32,178 bases of DNA, taken from NCBI GenBank assembly GCA_964397315.1, contig CAYNHV010000016.1:1-32178 (forward strand), in the 5' to 3' direction. Positions 17,214 to 25,871 of the stretch are shown here, in pieces. The stretch's first letter is position 1; every line of letters begins with the position of its first letter. Both the position numbers and the translations under genes were made by a program. The notes beneath the pieces are model-generated. The model saw nothing but the letters and a program-made list of their open reading frames with translations, was not told the DNA's origin and did not search any database. The stretch is from an uncultured Methanosarcinales archaeon. Lineage in GTDB: Archaea; Nanobdellota; Nanobdellia; Woesearchaeales; UBA12501.

Positions 17214-18491
17214 TTAATTATCGCTGACATCCAACAATTCTAAATATTCTGATTTGGAAAAGCATTTTTGGCCTTCTTCTTTTTTTCCAGCATCCCGATA
17301 AATCACTGAAAGAAACTTCCACCCCGATGGGCTATTTGGAAATAAATCTAACCATTTCATCATTAACTCTTCTGCCCAATCATAATATCCTTTAGCATGA
17401 TATGCAACAGCAAGCTCGTTTAAGGACTTTTCATCTTCTGGATTAATCCTTAAGGCCTCGTTGTACATTTTAATTGCTTCATCATAATTTCCTTTTATAG
17501 AATGCACATAACCAAGACTTCCCCATATTTTGAAATTTTCTGGTTCTTTTTCTGCTGCTCTTTTAAACATATCCATTGCATTGTCATAATCTTCTATTGC
17601 AACATAAAAATCTCCGTTATTTCTTAAAATTAAAGGATCATTAGGATCAAATTCTAATGCTTTATTAAAAAATTTAAGTCCATTATTAAAATCTCCTTTA
17701 CTGCAATAAGTACTCCCAATGACCCTCAGGCATTGAGGGTCATTGGGATTTTTTTCTAATATTTTTTCTAGACTTTTTATTGCGCTATCATGCTCTCCTT
17801 TTTCACGATAAGCCAAGCTCATAAGATAACATAAATCCTCACTTGGGTTTATTTCAAATGCCCTTTCTAATATACTTAATCCTTTATCACATTCTTTTTT
17901 TTCAACAAAAACCTTCCCAAGATTAAATAAAAGCGCATAATTCTCAGGATTAATTTTTAATCCCTCTCTTAATATTTCAATTGATTTTTCTAAATCTCCT
18001 TTAATACAATAAGCATCACCAAGATTATTCCATAAAATCTCATTATTAGGGTAAAATTCTAATGCTTTTTTGTATATTTTAATTGCTTCATCATATTCTT
18101 CATTCATAACATAAATCTTTCCTGTGTTATCCCATGCTATTGGATTATAAGGGTTTATTTCTAGTGATTTTTCATATGTTTTCACTGCACTTTCATAGTC
18201 TCCTTTATAAAAATAAGAATTCCCAAGATTGCCCCAAATCATAAAATTATCAGGGTTTGTTTTTATTCCCTTTATAAAACTCTCTTCTGCTCTATCTCCA
18301 TCTCCCTTATAAAAATAAGCAATTCCAACCCAATTCCATAAAATATCATTATTAGGGTCAAATTCTAATGCTTTTTTGTATATTTTAATTGCTCTATCAA
18401 AATTCCCTTTTTCAATATGCTTTTTACCTTTTTTTAATTGTTTATCTAAAAAGAAATTATGGGCTCTTTCTTTAGTTTTTTTAAATACCAT
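17214..18491 (-). CDS. Tetratricopeptide repeat protein
   Basis: About 11 TPR units (W.NLG..Y...G.Y..A...Y.KALE..P). Very AT-rich. Confidence 0.95.
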   Translation of the reverse strand: MVFKKTKERAHNFFLDKQLKKGKKHIEKGNFDRAIKIYKKALEFDPNNDILWNWVGIAYFYKGDGDRAEESFIKGIKTNPDNFMIWGNLGNSYFYKGDYESAVKTYEKSLEINPYNPIAWDNTGKIYVMNEEYDEAIKIYKKALEFYPNNEILWNNLGDAYCIKGDLEKSIEILREGLKINPENYALLFNLGKVFVEKKECDKGLSILERAFEINPSEDLCYLMSLAYREKGEHDSAIKSLEKILEKNPNDPQCLRVIGSTYCSKGDFNNGLKFFNKALEFDPNDPLILRNNGDFYVAIEDYDNAMDMFKRAAEKEPENFKIWGSLGYVHSIKGNYDEAIKMYNEALRINPEDEKSLNELAVAYHAKGYYDWAEELMMKWLDLFPNSPSGWKFLSVIYRDAGKKEEGQKCFSKSEYLELLDVSDN

Positions 18492-18701
18492 ATTTAAAAA
18501 TAAATAAAAAATAATATATAAATCTTTCTCTCAATTCATATTCCAATTACATCTTTTCTCTTATTTAAACATTACGATTGCAAACTCCAATCTTTAGATT
18601 GGTTTAATATTATTTAATAAAAATTGAAATAGAAAGCTAATATCAACAAAAACTTCTTTTTTGTGCTCTTCCTTTAGGAAGTTAAAAATCACTTATTCCT
18701 C

Positions 18702-19376
18702 TTAATCCCCCACAAATACATTCCAACACCTAACATAAATGTTTTTAAGTTTTGGATACCTGTTAATGTCAAACATATCACTATCTTTCATCATTGATAT
18801 ATATCCTTCTAAGGTATATTCCTCTACTGCATCAATAGTAACGCATCTACAAAAATTATGAGCTTTTCTTCTAGATGAGATTCTGGAGCTGGTGCCCTCT
18901 ATACAACCACTCATAAGGGCATCAAGGGCATCAACCGCATTTAGATTATCTTCATGCATATTAACTCTATTATCTTTTTCAGTCATTGAACATTCTTCTT
19001 TACATTTTGTAAATATTTCTTCAAGTTTTGGATATTCATCCATTGGGCTTAATCCCTTTTTGTCTATACTATCCATAATATCAAAAAATTCTTTGAATGT
19101 ATATTCTTTTTGGAATTCATCAATACTACATTTACAGAAATTGTAAAAATTATTATAAGACCCTGCATACTCTTCTATACAAAGACTCATCCATGTATCA
19201 ACAACTTCTTTTGGATATTCTTCTTCTTTTTTACACCCTGCTAAAGAACCTAATGCGAAACTAGCTGCTATTCCATAAGTTGCTATTTTAATTGTAGCAG
19301 ATTTCTTTATTTTATTACTAATTCTACTTAGAAGACCTTCATTTTCTTTAGTATTTAAGTTTTTTTCAAGAGACAT
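18702..19376 (-). CDS. Putative lipoprotein with two Cys-rich helical repeats
   Basis: Lipobox LAGC. Repeated unit C....NFC.C.....EYT..E....M.....YPKL..I...C occurs twice. Start at 19376 preferred because TATA-like boxes lie upstream. Confidence 0.8.
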   Translation of the reverse strand: MSLEKNLNTKENEGLLSRISNKIKKSATIKIATYGIAASFALGSLAGCKKEEEYPKEVVDTWMSLCIEEYAGSYNNFYNFCKCSIDEFQKEYTFKEFFDIMDSIDKKGLSPMDEYPKLEEIFTKCKEECSMTEKDNRVNMHEDNLNAVDALDALMSGCIEGTSSRISSRRKAHNFCRCVTIDAVEEYTLEGYISMMKDSDMFDINRYPKLKNIYVRCWNVFVGD

Positions 19377-19547
19377 GGTTTTTAGTAAAATGTAGGTACT
19401 AAAATATAGATATTTATAAACATTTTTATACTTCACTACATACATTTTATAAACTTGTTTAGAATAAGTCCCTTTAACTTAACCATGCACTTATTGCGGA
19501 AAATTTATATAACCTGATTTACACATATTATCCTGCAGCAGAAAACC

Positions 19548-20183
19548 TTGCAGGTGATGACCATGAAGGGGCTTAAGACAGCAGACAGGGAGCAGTTAAG
19601 GCAGTTCTTCAGCGCAAACCTCCAGCCAGTAGACAGCCAGCGCGCAAGAGATTACATGCTGGGGGTTCTGATGAAGTATGTTGACGGCGCTGACTTTGAG
19701 AAGGTGTTCTCTGAAAGGCCAATCTCTCTTATTGCAGATGACCTGTGGAGGAACCCCAACAGAAGCGCTGCGTACGAGGGTTTTAGGGGTATCGGCGATG
19801 CAATGCTCATTCTTTGCGGCCTTTTCCCCCACAGGCTCTCAAAATACAGGAGGAAAAGAGGGACTCATGAGGTCATGAGCCCCGGCCTGGGATGGTACGT
19901 TGACAAGGGCAGGGACTCATACAATGCCGCGCTGCACATATCCAACGAGATGAGGCTTGGGGGAGACATAACAAGCGCCTTAAGCATTATGAGTGAGGGT
20001 TTTGAGCAGTATTCCAGGGCAATACTTGAGATGAGAGTGAGGATGAACGAAGGAGCCTGCATATCAGATCCTTATGTGGCAAGTGAGGTGTCAGCAGTGC
20101 TTTACCATGGAGGGGATGCGGCAGCAAGGCTTGCTGAGATTGCAGGAAAGGAAAGGCCGGCTCTCAGCATAGTGGATGATTGA
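19548..20183 (+). CDS. Conserved hypothetical protein
   Basis: Good codon pattern and a GD..L...GLFP......Y...GR.SY motif. The start may be 19557 or 19563. Confidence 0.8.
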   Translation: MQVMTMKGLKTADREQLRQFFSANLQPVDSQRARDYMLGVLMKYVDGADFEKVFSERPISLIADDLWRNPNRSAAYEGFRGIGDAMLILCGLFPHRLSKYRRKRGTHEVMSPGLGWYVDKGRDSYNAALHISNEMRLGGDITSALSIMSEGFEQYSRAILEMRVRMNEGACISDPYVASEVSAVLYHGGDAAARLAEIAGKERPALSIVDD

Positions 20184-20223
20184 CATGATCAGTATCATCC
20201 GCTCTTTCTATTTTTCCCCTTCT

Positions 20224-20242
20224 TTATTCACCAAACACGGAC
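20224..20242 (+). promoter_or_regulatory. Purine-gene upstream motif, variant copy (TTATTCACCAAACACGGAC)
   Basis: 15/19 match to the two identical copies. Lies 8 bp upstream of TATAAAAG (20251). Confidence 0.55.
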
Positions 20243-20281
20243 AGCAAAGGTATAAAAGGTAGCAATAATAACCCCTGGCAT

Positions 20282-21805
20282 ATGGTTACTGCAAGGCAAT
20301 ATCTTGATGATGTGGTTGCAAAAGGGGATGAAGGTTCTGATCTTTTAAGGGCGATTTGTTCAGAAACACTGGTGGATCCACAAACTGGAAAAAACAGAAA
20401 GTATGTTGACATAATAAGCCATGGAGAGGGAGATAACAAGGTAGTGATTCCTGTGCTGAGGCTCCCCAGGGAATATCTGGTGGTGGTTCACTCTGCTGTC
20501 GGAGCGCACACTAACGATGTGGGGGATCATGCAGCCTGGCTTGTTGACAGGCTTGTGGAGGGAGCCAAAAATATAGGCGCTGTGCCTGTGGGATTTGCGG
20601 ATGTTGTTGACTCTTATAGTGGGGACACAGAAATGCTGAGTAAGATAGGGAACAGCCTGGTTGACAAGGCAAACGAATACGGGCTTGTGATCTTAAACGG
20701 AGAAAATGCAATCCTGGGAGACAGGGTAAATCCGGATATCCAGGCAAATGTCTCAGGAACAATGATAAGCATAATGAATAAAAACAGTCTGTTTACTGAA
20801 AGAGCCAATATAGGTGTGAAAGGCAATACACGCATAGAAGAGGGGCTTCCCTTTGAAATATCGGGGACCAGTTACGCTGTGTTTGATCATGGGGGCGATG
20901 CGGTATTCATCAATTCTGACGGCATAGGCACAAAGACAGAGTTCTACGAGAGAACAGGAGAACATTTCAAAGGACTGCTTGATTCGCTTGCAATGAAGCT
21001 TGACGACACAATAAAACTCGGAGCGAGAGCAAAGGCAGTCTCTGATGTTGTGGAGACAAGAGGGGATATTGATTTCCTTATGATGGAGGAGGCTGCTTCC
21101 GTGTTCTTTAAAAAGACAGGCATTACTTACATTCTTCAAAGAGAGCGGAGCGAAAACAGGATAAGGGGCTACAGCGATAACGCACCTTCATACAATGTAA
21201 GCGGCTCAGTTGTCAGCACAATAGATGAGCAAAGGCTCATGAATCCTCCAATGCCAAGAGAGGGAGACAGCCTTATTGCAATAAGAGGCAGGCCCAACCC
21301 AAGGTCAAACGGCATAACAGGCAGAAGGAAAGCCATGGTGGACATGTTCGGGGAGAACTATCACAAGACAGATATAGGGGCTGAGTTCCTTGAATATCTT
21401 GCAGAGCCATCCACAGTGTTCTATCCTCTATTCATGGATCTTCTTGACCAGGGAATTGCAAGCAGCGTGTATCACATGAGCGGCGGAGCATACAATGGCA
21501 AGCTTGCCAAGCCTCTTGCAAAACAAGGCTTGTTCGTAAGGATGAGCAACCTGTTCACGCCTGACTGGAGGGATTTTGTGTTCATGGGCCACTCAGGCGC
21601 CACTGTAAATGAAGCTTATGGGACATGGCCTATGGGCAATGAGGGATTTATCACAACAGACGGCCCTGCAAGAGCAATGGATGAAATTACAAGAAGAGGT
21701 TATGATGCAAGGGAGGCTGGGCGGATAAAAAGAACGCCCTCCCAGACAGGTGTTGAGATAGAGACCTACACAGGAAAGAGCATAAGATTCTCAGGCAAGG
21801 ACTGA
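20282..21805 (+). CDS. purM: AIR synthetase (PurM-like) with duplicated N-terminal domain
   Basis: SDGIGTK, AM..DD..GA, RSNG, YHMSGGA and TWPMG motifs, plus an extra upstream N-domain with GA.PV.FAD and NGENA. Confidence 0.82.
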   Translation: MVTARQYLDDVVAKGDEGSDLLRAICSETLVDPQTGKNRKYVDIISHGEGDNKVVIPVLRLPREYLVVVHSAVGAHTNDVGDHAAWLVDRLVEGAKNIGAVPVGFADVVDSYSGDTEMLSKIGNSLVDKANEYGLVILNGENAILGDRVNPDIQANVSGTMISIMNKNSLFTERANIGVKGNTRIEEGLPFEISGTSYAVFDHGGDAVFINSDGIGTKTEFYERTGEHFKGLLDSLAMKLDDTIKLGARAKAVSDVVETRGDIDFLMMEEAASVFFKKTGITYILQRERSENRIRGYSDNAPSYNVSGSVVSTIDEQRLMNPPMPREGDSLIAIRGRPNPRSNGITGRRKAMVDMFGENYHKTDIGAEFLEYLAEPSTVFYPLFMDLLDQGIASSVYHMSGGAYNGKLAKPLAKQGLFVRMSNLFTPDWRDFVFMGHSGATVNEAYGTWPMGNEGFITTDGPARAMDEITRRGYDAREAGRIKRTPSQTGVEIETYTGKSIRFSGKD

Positions 21806-21844
21806 ACAGCAAATTATTTAAACCACTCCTGTTTAAGCCAGAAA

Positions 21845-22636
21845 GTGGTCCGCATGAGCATAAGAATAAAAAGGCTTCTCAAGAACATGCCCAGAATGAA
21901 CAGCCCTGTTCTCATTGAGGGCCTGCCCGGCATAGGCAATGTGGGCAAGGTCGCGGTTGATTACATGATTGACAGGCTCAAGGCCAGGAAGATAATGGAG
22001 ATATCATCCCACTCATTCCCTAACTCTGTTTTCGTCAATGAGGATAATCTTGTTGAGCTGCCAAAGATAGAGGTCTTCTACAAGAAGAGGGGCAAGGGAA
22101 AGAAAGACCTGCTTCTGCTTTCAGGAGACATACAGCCTCTTGACGAGGGCTCATCCTACGAGTTCGCGCACAAGATACTTGAGCTCATGAGGGGCTTCAA
22201 TGGGTGTGAGCTTGTAACCATAGGGGGCATAGGGCTTTCTGACATACCTGAAAACCCGAAGGTATACTGCACAGGAACGTCAAAAGAGGCAATAAGCAGG
22301 TTCAGGAAAGGGCAGAGGAATGTCAACAAGAAGCTCTTTGGTGTTGTGGGCCCTATTGTCGGAGTAACCGGACTGCTTGTGGGGCTTGCGAGAGAGAACA
22401 ACATGGAAGGAGTCTGCCTTCTGGCAGAGACCTACAGCCACCCGATGTACCTGGGTGTTAAGGGAAGCAAGGAGATACTCCGAATACTCAACAAGAAGCT
22501 TGAGCTTGGCATTGATGTTGAGGCTGTGAGCGCGGAGATACAGGACATAGAGGAGGAGCTGAAGAAGAAGACAAAGGACATCAGCGAAGTGATGAAGCCG
22601 AAGAAGGAGGGAGAGCCGACCAATTACATAGGGTGA
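21845..22636 (+). CDS. PAC2-family proteasome assembly chaperone
   Basis: LIEGLPGIGNVGK, SHSFP..VFV, GDIQP, G.IVG.TGLL, LLAET and C-terminal YIG. The start may be 21854. Confidence 0.92.
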   Translation: MVRMSIRIKRLLKNMPRMNSPVLIEGLPGIGNVGKVAVDYMIDRLKARKIMEISSHSFPNSVFVNEDNLVELPKIEVFYKKRGKGKKDLLLLSGDIQPLDEGSSYEFAHKILELMRGFNGCELVTIGGIGLSDIPENPKVYCTGTSKEAISRFRKGQRNVNKKLFGVVGPIVGVTGLLVGLARENNMEGVCLLAETYSHPMYLGVKGSKEILRILNKKLELGIDVEAVSAEIQDIEEELKKKTKDISEVMKPKKEGEPTNYIG

Positions 22637-22685
22637 ACAAAACTTATTAAGAACCAATGGCTTCTTAATCATGCCTTAACCGCGT

Positions 22686-22704
22686 TTACTCACCAAACTG
22701 TGAC
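22686..22704 (+). promoter_or_regulatory. Purine-gene upstream motif (TTACTCACCAAACTGTGAC)
   Basis: Identical to 23975-23993. Core TCAC-N6-GTGA palindrome upstream of the purC TATA box (~22740). Confidence 0.65.
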
Positions 22705-22794
22705 TAAGAAGCAATGTCTTGTTCTTGAGTATAGAAATTAATATAAAGCATTTTAGGAATCAACAATGTATTAAATATGGCGGGGTGTGTTTTG

Positions 22795-23919
22795 ATGAAA
22801 GATGGCTATATGTCTGAGGAAGAAGCAGAAGGTTTGGTTTCTGATTACCTTGATAAGGAGGGGCCCGTAACACCTGCCCAGGAGCTCATAGACTCAGGAG
22901 CTGTTCCAAGGCTTAAGGGATACACTGTCAAGCCGGGCAAGGTTTCTGATTCTATCTTTGGAGGCAGGGGAAGCTATACTGACAAGAAAACAGGGGAGAC
23001 AGTTGAGTTTGAGAACCCTCCCCTCTATGCTGCTGATGGAACACCACTCAGACTGATGGTAAGGACACAGCGAATATCAACACATGACATTAACAGGGGA
23101 GAGATTCCCTTCAAAGATCAGATCTTAGCAGCAAACCATCATTACATGAGGGACATGGTAAAAGATATCCTGGGCACTTCACAGTACGGGCCTGAGGAGC
23201 TGGGCATGGAGCAAAACAGCGTTGTTGTTGCAGCAGAGAATGTGGATCTCATAATGCTGGAGAATGTCCTGAGAATGTATAACGCAAAAAGCTCAACATC
23301 AACCTCGCTATATCAGGCATGGCAAAGAGGGGAAGACACCTTTGCGGGCCATCCAATGCCTGAAGGGATCATAACCAACGGAATCCTGCCCTATCTTATG
23401 GACACCCCATCAACCAAGGATGAAAATGACATGACCGTCAGCCCTCAGTGGCTTTTTGACAAGGGAATCTGCACTCCTGAACAGTACACCCAGATAAGGA
23501 ACTCTTCAATGATGGCTTTTGGAGCTGTGTCCAAATTTGCAGATGACAATGGCCTCATATTTGTTGACACAAAAACAGAGCATGGAATAAACAGCAGGGG
23601 GCTTATTGTTTCAGCAGATGAATTATACACCCTGGACTCTTCACGATGGTGGATTAAAGAGGATTACCTGGATCAGGTAGCTAAACTGGCTTCAGGAGAG
23701 ATTGAGGAGATATCTCCAAGATCATACTCAAAAGAATTCGCCAGGGGATTCTCAAAAGGCGATCAGGGCTATACTGACGAGCAGAGGGCAAAGATTGGGG
23801 TCAGGTACATAATGGGGCTGCAGCACCTTACTGGAAAGAGATTTAACCCTGACATGAGACCAAGGGATGAGAGAGTGGTTTCAGGATTGGAAACAATTGT
23901 GGAAAGGCTGGCTGCTTAG
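22795..23919 (+). CDS. purC: SAICAR synthetase
   Basis: GKV, RISTHD, IPFKDQIL, TPSTK, GLIFVDTK.EHG, DELYTLDSSRWW and SKEFAR motifs. The ATG at 22795 follows GGGGTG (alternative start 22777). Confidence 0.93.
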   Translation: MKDGYMSEEEAEGLVSDYLDKEGPVTPAQELIDSGAVPRLKGYTVKPGKVSDSIFGGRGSYTDKKTGETVEFENPPLYAADGTPLRLMVRTQRISTHDINRGEIPFKDQILAANHHYMRDMVKDILGTSQYGPEELGMEQNSVVVAAENVDLIMLENVLRMYNAKSSTSTSLYQAWQRGEDTFAGHPMPEGIITNGILPYLMDTPSTKDENDMTVSPQWLFDKGICTPEQYTQIRNSSMMAFGAVSKFADDNGLIFVDTKTEHGINSRGLIVSADELYTLDSSRWWIKEDYLDQVAKLASGEIEEISPRSYSKEFARGFSKGDQGYTDEQRAKIGVRYIMGLQHLTGKRFNPDMRPRDERVVSGLETIVERLAA

Positions 23920-23971
23920 GATACCTCCTCCTTAAGATACAGCAGAACAGCCTGCTGGCTTGGCGTATCCT
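23918..23971 (+). terminator. Extended hairpin after purC (possible terminator or RNA structure)
   Basis: AGGATAC/GTATCCT outer stem and CAGCAG/CTGCTG inner stem. Confidence 0.4.
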
Positions 23972-23974
23972 CTC

Positions 23975-23993
23975 TTACTCACCAAACTGTGAC
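23975..23993 (+). promoter_or_regulatory. Purine-gene upstream motif (TTACTCACCAAACTGTGAC)
   Basis: Identical to 22686-22704. Upstream of TATATAAA (24040). Confidence 0.65.
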
Positions 23994-24182
23994 GAACAAT
24001 AATCATTTATTTACTATTCCTAAATGAATAAAAGAAAACTATATAAATGACCTTTTTCCATCTTATTACATGGGGGCTCCGGAATATTGCAGGATGAGAG
24101 CGAGATTCTTGAACCAGGAGATTACTTCTATTATAGTGGGTGATCCTGTCTGCAGAGAGTACGACAAACAAAAACAAACAAA

Positions 24183-25871
24183 ATGAAGAAGAACAAATCA
24201 GGCGTAGACAAATCAGGTGTAAATCTGCTTGAGCAGGTGAGAAAAGAGCTAGATAATAACCCTGAGTTATATGATATGCTTAAGAAGGAGTTAAGCCACA
24301 GGGAAGGAGATAAAGGTGAAAAATATTATTCAAAGCTTGAAGCTGCTGCTGAGGGGTGCACTTTTGAGGATGTCCTGGTTGTGCCCTCATGGTCTGATAT
24401 CCTTCCTGTAACTGCAAATATAAGCACGAATCTTACTGACGAACGGGAGATAAAAATCCCCATAATATCCTCTCCAATGGACACTGTGACAGATTATAGA
24501 ATGGCAAGATTCATGGCAGAAGAGGGGGGCATAGGCATAATCCATAAGAATCTTACTGAAGAAGAGCAGGAAAGGCAGATTGAAATGGTTAAGAGGACTG
24601 GAGGCGACATTGTAATCAAGCCTTACAGCATTGAAGAAAACAAGACAGTGGGCACTGCAAAAAAGAAGATGGAGGAGCTGGGCATTGCAGGCCTCCCTGT
24701 TATGAGGGGAGGAGAGCTTGTGGGTCTTTTTACACAAAGGGATATCTATAACAGGTCCTCACGAGAAAGAATATCCAAGTGCATGACTCCGAGAAAGGAC
24801 CTGCATGTTCTTGAGGTGGGGGATGATGTCACATCCTCAAACATACATGAGATTGCCGCAAAAAAGCTGTATGAGCCAGCAAAAAAAATAATCAAAGAGT
24901 ATAGGGTGGAAAAGGTGCCTGTCCTGCAAAAAGGAAAACTCATAGGCATAATCCACAAGAAAGATATAGAAAATGTCAATCCCAAAAGAGCAGTTGATGA
25001 CAAAGGAAGGCTTCTTGTGGGAGCGGCCATAGGCCCCGGAGAGTGGGATCGGCTGGAAGCAGTTTATTCTGCAGGCGCTGATGTCATTGTTCTGGACTCA
25101 GCGCATGGCTATTCAAAAAACATTTATGAGTTCACAAAAGGGATCAGGAGGCAAAAAAGATATAATGAGGATATCCAGCTTATAGTTGGCAATTTCTCCA
25201 CAAAGGAGGGTGTTTCCCTGTATCTTGAGCCTTACCACATAGACGGAAAGGCAGTCAGGCTGGTGAACGCAATAAGATTAGGCCAGGGGCCCGGAGGAAC
25301 CTGCACTACAAGGCAGATGGCAGGAATAGGCGTTCCACAGGTAACTGCAATAGAATACGGGAGGATGGCAATGCACGAATCCAGGTTTTACAGGAATAAC
25401 CCTGCGCCGATAATAGCTGATGGAGGAATAAAGTATCCTGGAGACATAACCAAGGCTATAGCTGCAGGAGCTGATTCTGTGATGATAGGCACAGGATTTG
25501 CAGGGACAGATGAAGCTCCGGGAGAGGTTTTCATAAACGAGGAAGATGGAAGACCTTACAAGGCCCACAGGGGGATGGGCTCTGCAGGAGCCATGCAGAA
25601 TAGGTCAAGCGCTGCAAGATATGGCCAAAAATCTCTCAGTAAAGAAAAGCGCCAGGCAGAGGGGGTTGAAGGAAAGGTAGAATATAGGGGGATGGCCTCC
25701 ATTGTTTTAGGAAGCATGATAGGGGGGCTCAAGGCAGGCATGGGTTATACTGGGTCAAGAACAATAAAAGAATTAAAAGAGAAATCAAAACTGATAAGAG
25801 TTACACCTTCTGTGGCAAATGAAAATAAGCCTCATGGGGTTCTCATGGGAGGTCCGGCTTACAGGGATTAA
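24183..25871 (+). CDS. guaB: IMP dehydrogenase with CBS pair
   Basis: [54 protein letters not shown] flap and EGVEG motifs. Confidence 0.93.
   Translation: MKKNKSGVDKSGVNLLEQVRKELDNNPELYDMLKKELSHREGDKGEKYYSKLEAAAEGCTFEDVLVVPSWSDILPVTANISTNLTDEREIKIPIISSPMDTVTDYRMARFMAEEGGIGIIHKNLTEEEQERQIEMVKRTGGDIVIKPYSIEENKTVGTAKKKMEELGIAGLPVMRGGELVGLFTQRDIYNRSSRERISKCMTPRKDLHVLEVGDDVTSSNIHEIAAKKLYEPAKKIIKEYRVEKVPVLQKGKLIGIIHKKDIENVNPKRAVDDKGRLLVGAAIGPGEWDRLEAVYSAGADVIVLDSAHGYSKNIYEFTKGIRRQKRYNEDIQLIVGNFSTKEGVSLYLEPYHIDGKAVRLVNAIRLGQGPGGTCTTRQMAGIGVPQVTAIEYGRMAMHESRFYRNNPAPIIADGGIKYPGDITKAIAAGADSVMIGTGFAGTDEAPGEVFINEEDGRPYKAHRGMGSAGAMQNRSSAARYGQKSLSKEKRQAEGVEGKVEYRGMASIVLGSMIGGLKAGMGYTGSRTIKELKEKSKLIRVTPSVANENKPHGVLMGGPAYRD

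Noticed and set aside
23918..24070. Purine or ZTP riboswitch before guaB
   Set aside because: The hairpin and motif lie upstream of the TATA box and show none of the known aptamer consensus features.
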